Part shown: positions 12,201-26,237 of the stretch, piece by piece | Numbering within the stretch: position 1 is the stretch's first letter | Layout: every line of letters starts with the position of its first letter | Origin: Epiperipatus broadwayi | Lineage: Eukaryota; Animalia; Onychophora | Length of the DNA stretch: 64,000 bases | Direction of reading: 5' to 3' | Assembly: GCA_028023455.1 (NCBI GenBank) | Contig: JAQFVV010000002.1 | Coordinates: forward strand, 21,700,001 to 21,764,000 | Program-made: the position numbers and the translations under genes | The notes under the pieces: generated by a model | Databases searched by the model: none | Told to the model about the DNA's origin: nothing | What the model saw: the letters and a program-made list of their open reading frames with translations, nothing else

Positions 12201-13310
12201 TTGGAAATATAGAGAAGATGTACCTTGTTTTTAAAATTGTTTATGCTCTATACTAGTCTTTATCTTCCCAAGAAATTTCTTAACTATTTTCATACAAAAA
12301 ATAATATAAAATTTGTACTTTTGAGTTTGAATTGAATCTCAGCCACTTGATTATGGAAGAACCAACTTGTAGAAAGAAAATTGTAGAAATAAAACCCTTT
12401 GTGTAGAAAGAATTGTTGTAATAAAAGAAAAAGCCAAATTTCTTGTAAAGTACCTCCCTTTTATATCTGATTATTACTTAGCCATCTATTTCTTCCACCA
12501 ATCAATGATCACTCAAAAGTTCAACTTTAACAAAGGTCAATCCCTCCTACTGCACTGAGATAATTAGTTGCAAATATGCAACAACCTTTTCTCTGGAAAA
12601 AAAATTTTGTTTAAAAAAAAAAAATTAAATAGAAATATTCTATATTTCTAAAGTAATAAAGAAGATAATTATATTAGCAAATAAAATAATTGATAGTATG
12701 TTTGTCTATTTGACAATTCACTGGTCCATTGATCTATCAATTCATTTAAAATGTGTTTAAACTGGTTGTTCAAGATATTGACTGTGAAATTAAATATTTT
12801 ACTGTGAAATAATATTTGGTAGTTTAATTAAGTATGTGAATCAAAATGAAGTTGAAGATGGCAGAAACATACAGCACACACATGCTGCACTACAAGTACT
12901 AAACCAGTCTGGCTCAAATAAAAGTTCCTATGACAATGAGCCAAATATACTGCATTTATTACACTATGGATTGAGATATTGAGCAAATAAACCAGAAATA
13001 CACCAAAATAAATATCAACACTGTCCTTAAGACAAATAATACAAACTTGGATCAATTTAAACTATACACTAACAATTTCTATGACAAGCCACCGGAAGAG
13101 CTGTCATTAAATATTCACCAAAGAAAAATACTAAATATCTCAAAATTTTCAAATAATACCTGCAAGTGGTTTCTAAACAGAGTTTTAAATTATTAATGAA
13201 TTTTTTGTTTTAAAATTTCAGGTTATTTCATTTTTATTTGTTAGATGCAACCAGTTCTTACTGATGCAATGCTATTTAATTACAATTGGTTTCTTGTGCC
13301 TATTCAGAAG
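9232..13310. repeat. Large inverted repeat: arms 9232-10903 and 11577-13310, ~670-bp spacer (foldback-like)
   Basis: Arms are reverse complements throughout (the same 75-aa ORF is called at 9486 + and 12828 -), with scattered substitutions and a ~64-bp indel near 12705-12768. The right end runs into the N gap. Confidence 0.95.
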
Positions 13311-13810
13311 NNNNNNNNNNNNNNNNNNNNNNNNNNNNNNNNNNNNNNNNNNNNNNNNNNNNNNNNNNNNNNNNNNNNNNNNNNNNNNNNNNNNNNNNNN
13401 NNNNNNNNNNNNNNNNNNNNNNNNNNNNNNNNNNNNNNNNNNNNNNNNNNNNNNNNNNNNNNNNNNNNNNNNNNNNNNNNNNNNNNNNNNNNNNNNNNNN
13501 NNNNNNNNNNNNNNNNNNNNNNNNNNNNNNNNNNNNNNNNNNNNNNNNNNNNNNNNNNNNNNNNNNNNNNNNNNNNNNNNNNNNNNNNNNNNNNNNNNNN
13601 NNNNNNNNNNNNNNNNNNNNNNNNNNNNNNNNNNNNNNNNNNNNNNNNNNNNNNNNNNNNNNNNNNNNNNNNNNNNNNNNNNNNNNNNNNNNNNNNNNNN
13701 NNNNNNNNNNNNNNNNNNNNNNNNNNNNNNNNNNNNNNNNNNNNNNNNNNNNNNNNNNNNNNNNNNNNNNNNNNNNNNNNNNNNNNNNNNNNNNNNNNNN
13801 NNNNNNNNNN
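13311..13810. other. Assembly gap (500 N)
   Basis: Run of N; the four X-filled ORFs here are artefacts. Confidence 1.
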
Positions 13811-13958
13811 AAATAGATTACCACAAAATTTGCTATAAACATAAAATAACTTAGTGGTATCTAATTAAGATGGATCACTAAAACTTAAAGATCTTTTCAA
13901 GTCGTCTCGGCCAACTGAATCAAATCACCGTAGGCGTTTTCCATTATCGCATTTTGAA

Positions 13959-14002
13959 ATGTCGGAGCTTCCCAGTTTGAAAGAATTAAATACAAGAATT
14001 TG
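13959..14002 (+). CDS. Possible first coding exon of a + strand gene (MSELPSLKELNTRI)
   Basis: ATG in a locally CpG-rich stretch, open frame, followed by a TG|GTATGT donor. No matching downstream exon was found. Confidence 0.2.
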
Positions 14003-16091
14003 GTATGTTTTGAAATATTTATTATTCTACAATTTGGAAAATGTGAATCAGTGTTTTAATTACAGAAGTTTTATTAAAATGAAAATTTGTTTTTTAAAAA
14101 AAAAAAAGTTTAAGTTAAAATAAAGTAAAGCGTTAAATTTGTCAAAATCTTTTAATATTTCCAATTCTTTAATTCTAATAAAATATATTATTGATTGATA
14201 ATTAATTTTATAATGCCAGTATTAATTGCTAGTTAATTTGTTTAACATTTGGATCATAAACATTCTTTAAATAATTAAACAAAGCTATTTTATAATTGTA
14301 TCGTCAGTTTAAAATGAATAAAGTAATTGCTGTAATTGGTTATTCCTGGATTAATGTAATGGATAAATAAATACTGCATGGATAGGATAAACTTGGAACA
14401 CTTTTGATAGAGAGATGTAGGGATTAATAACTTTATGAAAAACATTTTCATTTAAATTCTGTGTATCCTGTTTTAAAATTGTTTCATGATTGGAGAGCCA
14501 CGTAAATCGTTAATCTATTATTGCTTTAATAACTAATCAAATGGATATAATTGCATGTATGGAATTTAACTACAGTTATAGCTATTACCTCATATACTTA
14601 TTATTCTACACATTGTACATGGATTCCACGGATCACATTAGGAGTTACAAAATGCTATACAATCCAATTTGTGATACACATCTGCTAAAATTCATGTATT
14701 TGAACTATAAAATGCTTTACATTTAGTTTTATCACACACACACCGTTAAATGTTATATGTTAATGAATAATACATTTATTTAAATATATCTTATGAACTC
14801 GCATATGAAGTTCATAAGTTATATTTGTTAGATTTAAATTAATAAAGGTTGAATAAAATATTTATTCAAAAGAATAGCGCTTGCGGAGAAAGCTTAAACA
14901 GTACTTAATGAATTCATGAGATATACCAATCTTTATGAGATATTTTGTGAGTCTTTCCAGATTTATATTCCCATGCCAATATTATTTACATTATATTATA
15001 CATGTTTATTTTAAGCAAGATAAGTAGTACATTAGTTGTCCTGATTATTGTAATATTTTACTAAGCAAGAACCCACATTTTCTAAAGTGTCAGCGTATTC
15101 TGAATAATCAGAAGAATTGAGGGGGATGATTTGCACTTTAATGTGAAGTAAATTATAATGTTGTTTTAGTATGTTAAAGGCTTTAATCTGTGCTGGTGGT
15201 TAATCCGTAGATTATTTTAATTGCCATTTTGTGTTTTACACACATTCCTGCGCTGGTGGTTAATCCGCGGAATTGTGTGATTATACGTATGACTTTATGA
15301 TAGTGTTTAAATACGCAAAAACGTTAGTATTATTTAATTCCTACGTGTAGATGAATACATCCACAGGAATATGTTTGCTTCACAGATATAAGTTGGGCAA
15401 AAGTATTTTAGTTAATCTGCCAAATCATCTTCTTCATTTGTAAGCATAATTTATCGGTTAGATTGATAAATGGCAACAGGACATTCTATTCAAGTATTTC
15501 ATGATAATTAACTGTTGGTTAATTATTATCTACCGGAGTGTAAGTTTACATTTTCATTTTAATTAATGATTACATTATAGCTAAAACATACAAACATCAT
15601 ATTATTTATTATATTATTATAGGTATACAGTAGGGATTTATTGAATCTGGAAATGACGTTCAATATTTCATAAGTTAATGCTGAATTTAATAATTGTCTC
15701 AATATTCATTATATTAGATTGAAATAAGGTATGATTAGGTTTTTAAATACTGTACCTGTGAGATGTATTGAAGAAAGACTATTGAACCATCATTTAATTA
15801 TTTTATTTGTTTATTTATGTTTTATTTAAAATATTGAAATTAACTATTTATTGTTCATAAAGTTTGTAAATAAAAGTTGATTTATAATTAAACTTACTGT
15901 GCCGTAAGTTATGTGTCATTCATAACATCAGAAATCATAAACTTCGGATAGAGCATACATTATAGGAGCATACATTGAATTACATATTATTGTCTACATG
16001 ATATAAGAATTTATTAATATTTTGAGAAAACATTAAGATGCTTTTCGTCTTTGGGTATATGATTGGTAAGGTACAATAAAATCCCATTTAC

Positions 16092-16124
16092 CTTTTCCAT
16101 CATTGTGGCTTTGCGTAGTTGATT
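16092..16124 (-). CDS. Tentative 33-nt exon of the ARM-repeat gene (NQLRKATMMEK)
   Basis: Acceptor TTGTATTTTATACTAG, donor AAG|GTAAAT, phase 0-0 compatible with the 18785 exon; the peptide is not diagnostic. Confidence 0.3.
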
Positions 16125-18784
16125 CTAGTATAAAATACAAATTAATTATTAAACTTGTGAACAGATTTATTCAATAATGATATGATTAAATATATTTTAC
16201 CTAACATTTTTAAATTTTCATTCGTCAATACAATAAGAGTCTCAATGATATATTAAATTATAAAAGAACCCAATTATTCATGTTCATTAATTGCAAAGCT
16301 TTACCTGGACTAGCATCTGTCTTAGAAATCATATAGATGATTTAAAATTTCATAATTTTATGTGGTTCCACAAATTACGCTATCTTGTACATGGTCGGGC
16401 CATAGGGTCGTGCATACCATAAAAATCGCAAATTGAGGTTTAAGGGTGATAAAATTGGCAACTTATAATTTGTTTAATATGTTTTATAATAATACTATGA
16501 TAGGTCTTCGGTATACCCCTGGCTGCGATCAAATAAATTATAAAAAGTTAGGTTAATTCATTAATTTTGTCTGTAGTAAATTGCCCCAGATGTTGATTGT
16601 GGTCTTTTGTGCATAAAATAAATAGTATGATATGCTTTTGGATATAGCTCTTAATAGCTGATAATGTGCAATGAGAGTTGATCAGTGACCAAGGTTGTAA
16701 TTCCTAGTGCACTTACGTTACGTAGTTGAGATTACACAATTTACGGTTACACTTTATAGTGCCGCAACAAGTACGGCATGATGATGGGTAGTTGGAGGGG
16801 TGATGGAAGGTTGGTTACCACCTTTGTGAGCCATCAGGGTGGATGGCTCCGGGGATTTTGGTTACAATATTAATTAAGGAAAGTAAACAATTCTTCTTCA
16901 AGATATGAAGAATAACACTTGAGAAAAAATGTTGTATTTATGTTAATTACATATATACATTAAGCTATGCGAGTTCATACTTACAACTATAGTGAAGCAA
17001 TAAACTACACTATATTTTGTTCCAAGACCCCCTTCAAAAACAATGGATATTGCAAATAATAGCTCACATTTTGTTAACAAACCTAGATTATAATATGATA
17101 AGTATTGTTTATTATACTGTAAGAATACAGTATAATACTTTTTGACATGCATATATATATACTTTAATATATCAATGTTGTGAGTGCATAAAATTTGAAT
17201 CTTGTCAACTAAACTATAGTAATTTGTATATATATACACACACATATATATATTAAACAAATGATGAAAATATATGTAAGAGGTTGTAATCTGGGCCAAT
17301 TGGTGAATGATGGTTTAGCACAGAATACACATCTTAATGGAATCATTTGTCTTTTTCACATGTCTTTGGTCATATGTTTCAGGACATTGTGATAAAAGAT
17401 ATTTAAAATAAATAAAAACTATATATATGAAATTAAGTACTTTATATCTAAAAAAAATAGCATATATGCAATTACAATCTGAGTTATGTATGTCTTATTC
17501 ATTTGAAAAAAAGACACGCACTGGGTCTTTTAAAAAATACATCATGTGAGTGAGAGGTGGGTCTGACTTCTGTGCTGTTGGATGGTTATGATAGGATTGA
17601 AATAAGATGAAAAATGCAGAGATAAGTATAACTAACTGCTGAGTACATATATAACATGTTATATGCTTATAATATGCATATATAAATTAAGATTATAATA
17701 TAAACAAACTTAAAAAAACCCATTAATAATAAATTAAGAGAGCATATATCATTCATAATTCTGTTTCATCACAATTAAATATCTGTTCTGGACATTTTTT
17801 TTTTCAATATTTTTTTAAAAATCTAATGAAAACCTACGACAGCTTTGTTACTGGCAAAACGTAGCTTTACCAGTTATTTTAATATTTTTAAGACTGTAAT
17901 GTTTTTGGAATTTATATAACCATTCTCTATTTGCAGTGAATAGCTTGGAATTATATATGTTCCAGAATCATGGCTAAATTTTTTTGTAAAAATGTAAAGT
18001 TTTCCGATGAAATATAAGACCATCAACTGGAATGGTCTTATGATTTGTATTGTTTAGTCATAGATTTAAGTTTGTTTCTATTTTAATCAAAAAATTATTT
18101 CTTACTTTACTTGTATATTTAATTGTTTCAGGGAAACAAGTAATAATAGAATGAATCTGTTTCTCCTTTATAGTTTCTCTAATTGAAGATTTATTCTTTG
18201 AAACATATGACATCAGAATACAACTTGTTAGGTTTTCTTACTAAATCAATGATTTTCAGTTTCTCATTTAACAAAAGTACTTTATGACTGTTTTGTGTAT
18301 TGTTTATTATTCTATAAACTATTTTACTCAAATATGACAAATGGTATATACTATATAAAGCTTTTTGAAAAAAAAAATGCAAAAAAAAATTGTGTAGACA
18401 TGCTTTTTAACTATGGTATGAAACTGCATTAAAATCACAAAGAAAATGTGATCAAATAAATTCATGACTGAAATTTTAGTTGATTAAATTTGCTGAGAAA
18501 CTAAAATTGCTATTACAATACTGAGATAATTAGTTACACAATTGAACCTGTAAAAAAGTAAGCATTGCATAAAGAAGGGTTGCACATTTAAAAAATGCAA
18601 AAAGACTGAATATTTAATAGATTAAACAAATCAAAGAATCAAGATCATTTGATATAAATTATGTTTGCATCGTATTTATGTTCAGCTTTAGTTGTCACTA
18701 ATTTTTGAATTCAACAAAAAATGAACATCTATATTTAGTTATAAATACAAATGCTAGTAAGCTATATTAATGATTATAGAATAC

Positions 18785-18838
18785 CTGTTCATCTTGAGAT
18801 CCAACCAATGAGAGGACAGTAGAAAGAAGTTTGTTCAC
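18785..18838 (-). CDS. Exon of armadillo-repeat gene (VNKLLSTVLSLVGSQDEQ)
   Basis: Acceptor TTTTATTTATTACTAG, donor CAG|GTATTC, 54 nt, phase 0-0; joins in frame to the 26110 exon and continues an ARM helix pattern. Confidence 0.65.
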
Positions 18839-21800
18839 CTAGTAATAAATAAAATTAATATCATATTAATAATAATACATTAAAGTTCAGCCTTTTCAAG
18901 CTATTGTGCATGCGCTTTTTACAAGTGTTAATAATAAATGAACACTTTCATTCCCAACACAAGATATAGTATTTATGACAGAATAAAATGAATCACTTAT
19001 TCCTTCCAACCCAAATGCTTATATATGGGCAAATCTTAAGTACTGGAAATGAAAATGTGAGGATAGACCACTCACTTTAAATTACTGTTTACGATGTCTG
19101 AATGAATGATGTCGATGAAATTATCTAGAATTTACTAAACGTCACTCTCAAATGAAATGTTCTTGGTCTCTTTCTTCAAACTATTTTATTTCTGTCTAAT
19201 TTTAAAGATCCTAAATACTATCTTTCTATATGACTACCTATATTTGTTTTCTATCTTTTTTTGTTTTGTTTTTTCTTACCAAAAACACAATACACCTGCC
19301 ATAATATATCTTCTTTTAAGAATATGTCTAAATTATTTTATTTATTTATTAAATATCTCTATAATCGTTCTTTTTGATGCATCAACTTTCCATTCCTATT
19401 TTAAAGTCTTCTAATTAAATTTTCTGTATTAATTGTTTTATTCTGAACCCACTATAATCCAAATTAAGTATTTCACTAATCTTCATCTCAAACATCTTTT
19501 TGACCCACAAAGAATGATACTTTTTAATTTTGAATATATATATATATTGTAATTCTAGCAACATATATGTGCAAAACACACATATCTGTGTTACATATTT
19601 CATAATTTAAAAAAACATATGATCAAATTTATAAAGAAAGAAAAGAATAAAAAAAATCATTAATTACGAAACAGTTTTTAAAATGTAATTTTGTAAAAGT
19701 AAAAGACTGTATATTATTCTTTTAAAATAGAATAAAGCTAATTATTAACAGTGTGGTAGGGAAAAGAATTAGGAGAAATAAAAATTTAAAAACTCACTCT
19801 CCTTATTATAAATTAGAATCAGTTAAAAGAATATATGTTTAAAAATAAATCTTAGTGAGAAAAATCTAAAATAAAAGGATTAATTAATTAATTAGTGAAT
19901 GTCAGTAAAATTCATGGCTGATAATAAATATGAAATGTTTAAAAATAAAATGGACAACAGAATTAATTACAAAGTATGTGAAATAACTCATCAGCATAAA
20001 TGCAAAAATATAGATTAATCTAGGAAAAAGATTAGATTAAAGAAAATGTAAAATTAATTAAAAGACAGATTTAAGTTAAAATAAAAATAAAACCTATGAA
20101 CAATGAGAGAGAAAAAGTATAAAGGTTACACATGTCTATTGTTATTTAATCCAGACTTCATTCTGTTATTGATTCATTACATTATTCATTGCTTGATTCA
20201 TTCAGTTATCCATAGATTGAGAAATCAAAGTACAGTACAGAGCCACTCATTACTTCTGTAGACAATATTATTACAGAAGCCACAGAATTAGCAACATGTA
20301 TTGCTAGAAATCCATGTGTTTGGGCTGAACTTCATCGTCTGTCCTCTGCAAAATCAACTGTCCTCATCTGGAAACAATGCCTGAAGCCAATCCCTAAATG
20401 ATGAAATAGATGCTGCCACTATATCTCTCTCCCATTATTGACCTGAAGAATGGAAGACAAGTCCTGAAACCATCGATGGAGACCAACTAGTTGGAAAATC
20501 CAAACCAATGATAAACAAACCAACAAAACTATGTCATCGTAATATCATAAAAAACCTAGGTAAATATATTTTCAATAATATCTAAACACTGTTTTTAAAT
20601 GAAATAAACTTTAATGAAGAAGTATTAGCCTGAACTAATCATTTATATTTTCTATGTAAAATTTTATACTGTTATGTTATATTAAATATGTGTGTGCATG
20701 AATAAATATTACTGTTTGTTTAATTATTATTTGGTCTATTCTCTCTCTCTCTCTCTTTTATCACTGTATCACCATTGATTTAAAGATGTAGATATTTGTA
20801 TATGTTAACATAAAGGTGCTGGACCCCCTGATTAAGAGTAGAAGCTAGTTTGGGATATTTCAAGTGCTGGATTGTGTGGATGTCAGCTGGTGCCTGAGTT
20901 TGATCCTCAAAACAAATAAAATGCTTTGGATGGCAGGTTTTTGTTCCAGCAGTCAAGGTGCGCCTTGGCCAGGAAATATGATCATAATTATGCTTCATGT
21001 AATCCAATTTGGACATGCATATCATTAATGATTATGCTATCAATGTCTGCTTGAAGTGCCAGTTCATTCCCATAAGTATTAATAATATAATTAAATAATT
21101 GCATAAAAGTAAATGATATTAAAAGTCATATAATAAAGAGAAATAATAAATATAAAAGATATTATTAAGTAAATAATATTCTGATGATAATAAAATACTA
21201 ATGTATCAAGAATAAACAGTAGCTTGTTAAAATAAATAGATACAAGTGCTGCCAAAGTGTGGTCAAACTTGCCCAAAAAGTTATTTAAAAGTAGGTGAAA
21301 CTAATAAATGATGTTATGAATAGAAAAACAAGAAATATAAAGAAAAAGAGCTTCATAATAATAAATTAAGCTCATCAAAGCAAAGGATTAATAAAGTTAA
21401 AGTATTGCTTGTTAAGCATGATAATAAGCTTATTAATGTAAAAATGTTAAAACTTATTAGAGTTTAGATATTAAAAGATATTAAGTATAGCAAATAAAAT
21501 ATAATAATAATGGAAAATAGTCCATAATAAGGTCAGGTTCAGAGGGATCTGGTACAATATATATATATATAGTTAGCAATATGATTAAACAGAACATGTG
21601 TAAATGGCTAAAAACCATATGATTAAGAATTAATAAAAATGGTACTAGTAAATAATATCAATAAATAAACATAATGGAAATAAAGTGATGAGAATAAGAT
21701 CATTGCACTCTCATTCCAAAATGCTGTAGATTGGCCTATATAACTGAATTTAGGTACAAAGATAAGATGGCCATTCTTATCTTTTCAAAGTCTCTATCTT

Positions 21801-22519
21801 GTGCTTTGGTTTGAGAGTTTCCTGCATATTCTAAATAACATCATAGAGTTAGTAATAAGATTAAACAATAGCTGATTATCATCTGATTAAGAATTACTAA
21901 GAAAATCTACACTAGTAAATAACGTCATCATATATATAATTTCCTAAATTTCTAAATACTTGTCCACTTTTTTATTTTTCAATTTTATTTTAACAAATTT
22001 ATTTATTTTATAAATTTGCTTTTTCCCATCTATTTTGATAAATAATTATTAAAAAAAATTATTACTATTTTTTCAACATTTTTTTACATATTATTGTGGT
22101 TCAAACTTAGTAAACTATTCCCCTCCGCCCACAATTTTTACATTTTTATTTTTCAAATTAATTCATTCTTCAATTTTCTAAATGTAGATTAAACCAACAG
22201 GATCATAGATAATAATCTTACTTAACTTTCACTGCCATCATCTCCACCTCATCAAGAATTCTTTCAATCTCATTTATTATTTCCATTGTTATCCTACTTA
22301 CAGATTACTTAATTGTTATTCTTTATAGGCAATAATTCTTTTTTACATGTGCCCATGAACTTATCTCAGTTACCTCTATCAAATGCCTTTTTTAAATCAG
22401 TAAAACATACAATAATTTATATCGTTCTTTTTCATTATCATCAGTAGTAAACATTCCCTCCTCTGACTTGAAAAAATGAAAAAACAAAATCCCCTAAAAG
22501 AAAAATATGTTCATATGCA

Positions 22520-22989
22520 CAGTGTGAAACAGTGAAAAGATGTCTAGTCCTTTTTCCACGCCACCTATAGTGTCATCTCTAAATCAACATGTATTGTGTC
22601 ATAACAGTTTAGCTATTCTTACAAAGCTTTTAAGATATTAGTGTGTCTGAATCACTTAATATGAATAAAATGTGATATTTTATATATTCATAGATCATCT
22701 TCAGAGCTCTCGCTACCACCACAAACTCACTGCCATTTAACCATCTCAAATGTTTCAGTTTCTATTTAAAACAAAATTAAATGTTAGCACATTTTTCCAT
22801 AATGGGTCATGATACAACAAAAACTGTCACATTTCATGTGGTAACTCATGATCCAGGTACAGAAACACTTGCATCTTAAAATTTTTATGTGAATAGCTAA
22901 ACCATGTTACTACATAATATATTGATTCAAAGACAATGTTTCAGGAAGCTTGGAAAGTTAACCAGTTACCTTTTTGGTCAAACACACTG
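22520..22989. mobile_element. Tc1/mariner-type MITE family D, copy 1
   Basis: Ends CAGTGTG...CACACTG followed by TA; long imperfect internal TIRs; aligns with copies at 24267, 43535 and 55506. Confidence 0.65.
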
Positions 22990-23404
22990 TATATATCACA
23001 TGCTACTGAAACATTTAAGATGTCTAGACCTGTATGTAGCAATGAATCCACAAATTACAAGGACATTTTCTAAGTGAGTTACAATATTTTTTATAGGTAC
23101 CATTTACAATATTAAGAACTGTCACAATTATAAAAATAACCAATGTTCTGAATATTGGCTAAGAAGAGATTTTATTCAGTATATATACTTAACCAATGAC
23201 TGAGCATGCTTTCAGCTAGTGGAGGCCAGATTCAAAGCACTTATATTGTAATTAAGCAGAAGTCAAGAGTATGAAGATCTTGTTTTGCTTTTAATCAAAG
23301 CCTATTAAAGACATTACCATCAAACATATATTGCGTTGTATTCCTACTTAAATACTTACAAAATTTCCAAAGACTACTGTCACAGCAATGATAATGTCCT
23401 AGTT

Positions 23405-23443
23405 CCTCACTGAAAAGAGCCATAGCTCGAAACCAGTCTGGGG
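23405..23443 (+). ncRNA. Minimal type-I hammerhead ribozyme with one core substitution
   Basis: CCTCA-CTGAAAA-GAGC-cata-GCTC-GAAAC-CA-GTC-TGGGG: helices I and II pair, core G8 changed to A. Downstream GATAGG is shared with the 980 and 1276 copies. Confidence 0.65.
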
Positions 23444-24266
23444 ATAGGGACCATCATAGATAAATAAAATTCAAGTGAATATACATGGTCATACAACATC
23501 AGTTATAAATGTGTTCATTTCCTAACATTCTAGTGTATAAAAGCTATATAGTATAAATAACTAGGGTGGACACCCAGACAGTTTCAATATGCCACATACA
23601 TCTTCACTTAATGAGTTAAATGTTGTCAGCAAACTAATAAAAACAATAAATAATAATCTCTTTATCTCATGACATTAATATTCTATTTTTCTGATACCAA
23701 AATCCATCTTTATAGTTAATCTTCCTTAGTAAATCTAGTTTGAGATTTGATAACTCTTCATTTATGATTAAAAGTAAACTAGTTGATAATATTCTTGAGA
23801 ATACCTTAGTTTTAAGAGATTTCATAATTGCTGTGATCTTTATTATTCCTTGTATTTTATAAGTTAGAAAAAAAAAGACATATTTTAAGCAAGATTGCAT
23901 AACTTTGTTGGTACACTTATTCCTAAAAAAAATCCTAATAGTTTTGAAATCAAATATTTCCACCATAATTTAAAACTTCACGAGGTAACTCATTTTAAGA
24001 ATGCAAAAATATTTATTATAAACATCATAATGCTGGATATCTTGTCCAAATTTAAATGAATTGGTAGAATGGATATACTAGTAAAAGAAGTCATCTAAAT
24101 TCTTGTACCATTATTCAAATTCAGAATTTCAGCATTATAATATGAAAGTGTGTTAACCATACTCTTGGTCACACAATGCACTACTAAATATAAAAATTAA
24201 ATTCTCACAAATAAAATGTAAAAAACTATTAAGAAGACCAAAGTAAAATCATAGTTTCATCATACA

Positions 24267-24794
24267 TAGTATATCACAAGTGAAAAAAAAGTGACTGGTT
24301 CTCTTTCCAAGCTGTCTGCATCTCTAAATCAATGCATGTTACAAAATGACATAGTTCGGCTATTTCCCACAAAATTTTTAAGGTGCTAGCAGTCTGTATT
24401 ATAAGTTATGACACAGGAAATGTGATAATGCATTTCATACTTCTGTGGATCATCTTCAACGCACTTTTTTCATAATAAAATCTTGGAAAATGATTTGAAA
24501 ACATTCATGCAAGTTATAGCTTTATCACTGTACACAATGTGGCTTATTTCAAATATTTCTATAGCGGTTTCCCCCAATTTAAAACAAAATTTAATATTAG
24601 CACCTTGTTCCATTGTGGGTTAAGATATAAAACACAATTATATTACATGTTGTAATTCATAATATAGACACACAAGCACGTAAAAAGTTTTGTGATGAAT
24701 AGTTATCACTTGTAATACATGCGTTGACCCAAGATGGCACTGCATGAGAGTTTAGAGAGCCAGTTATCAGTCACTTTTTCACTGGGACACATTG
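24267..24794. mobile_element. Tc1/mariner-type MITE family D, copy 2
   Basis: AAAAAGTGACTGG ... CAGTCACTTTTTCACTGGGACACATTG termini; body aligns with the other copies. Confidence 0.7.
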
Positions 24795-25077
24795 ATTCAA
24801 TTCAAGATTCTCTTTCTGGAATCCCCAATCTGGAAATCTTTCAAACAACAAAAAGAAATGTGCATCCAAGAATTTTGTGAAAAATTTTAGATGTTTTTTT
24901 TTTTTTCAGAACAAATCTAAAATTAATTAGATTTGTTTATTACATATTTTATTAGACTCTCAACATATTTAGGACTATTGTCATTCAGAAATATAACTTA
25001 AAAGTCTCACATTTTTACTTCTACAATAGTATGATAATCGGAAATCATGAGCTACATATTTAATACTAACCAGTTTA

Positions 25078-25514
25078 TAATAATCAGAAAATAATAATAA
25101 ATTCTTTACTACAGCTATATAATCAATAATAATTTTATACATAAAAAAAACCTTTTTCAGCACCTGCTTTGGTAGCTTTTTCAAATGTTAATTAATCTAT
25201 TTAACGTTAACGAATTATTTCTGACATAAAACCACCCAGTGTCCAATAATGGCATTAAAACAAATATTTTGTAATTATTGAATTTATATATGAGGGTTTT
25301 GATTTGTTTCAATTACCTAATTATTTATATTATTACTGTTTGTTTTAATTCCATTATTGGACACTGAATGGTTTTAATAATTCGTTAACGTTAAATAGAT
25401 TACTAACATTTGAAAGGGGCACCAAAGTAGGTACTAAAAAAGGCTTTTTATGTATAAAATTATTATTGATTATATAGCTGTAATAAAGAATTTATTATTA
25501 TTTTCTGATTATTA
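25078..25514. mobile_element. MITE-like hairpin, ~190-bp arms
   Basis: Arms are reverse complements (ATCTATTTAACGTTAACGAATTATT / AATAATTCGTTAACGTTAAATAGAT; CAGTGTCCAATAATGG / CCATTATTGGACACTG). Confidence 0.7.
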
Positions 25515-26109
25515 TTTTGTGGAAGAGTAGTATAAGGATTTTTTTTTTGTAATTTTGATATTCAGTTTATGTATATAATGACAGTTAGATCCACTTATCT
25601 TTTAACTGGAATATCCACAGAATCCCTTTAAAGATTACAAAATTCGTATATAATTAAATTAACATATGAACATAGATGTAATCAGTGAACGAATATTATT
25701 ATCCTTATTTAGAAAAATTGTGGACATCAACTACGTACAAATGCACATGTATTTATTATCATTTTTGATATTGTGAGTTTGTTTGCATATGAGTTTTAAA
25801 TGAAAAGTTCTACAGTATAAGATATTATTGTGATAAAAAAATTGAAATTACAGATAACATATTTAAATACATAAATGATCTTTTCATTTCGCTCTTATTT
25901 TAATTTCCCCTTTTTTCATTAACATTTTATAAAAACAATGTAAAAACGTTTGATAAATAAACTGAAAATAACCGAAGCATAAATCAAATTACTATAAATA
26001 AAACTTGTACATATATTCATTATGATAATCCCATGATTTCAAAAAGATTTCTTCATAATTAGCTTTAAGACTGTATTTAAAATTTTTTAAGAATTTCTTC
26101 ACTACTTAC

Positions 26110-26237
26110 CTCAAGAACTGCTGAGTAATTCTCCGAATACTTCACAATTAAATTAAGAGTTCTCAGGGCCAGTAAAACGATGTTGACATTAGAGTCGCAA
26201 AGAGATAATATAGCCTGAAGAGCTCCGTCTTCTACAG
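26110..26237 (-). CDS. Exon of armadillo-repeat gene (VEDGALQAILSLCDSNVNIVLLALRTLNLIVKYSENYSAVLE)
   Basis: Acceptor TTTTTTTTAATTCTACAG, donor GAG|GTAAGT, 128 nt, phase 1-0, typical ARM repeat pattern. From memory it resembles ARMC3-type repeats; not verified. Confidence 0.8.

Noticed and set aside
13245-13854. Four 176-197 aa ORFs
   Set aside because: They consist of N-gap translation.
23667-23966. 99-aa minus ORF
   Set aside because: No motif or convincing splice sites recognised; lies between two exons that already join in frame.
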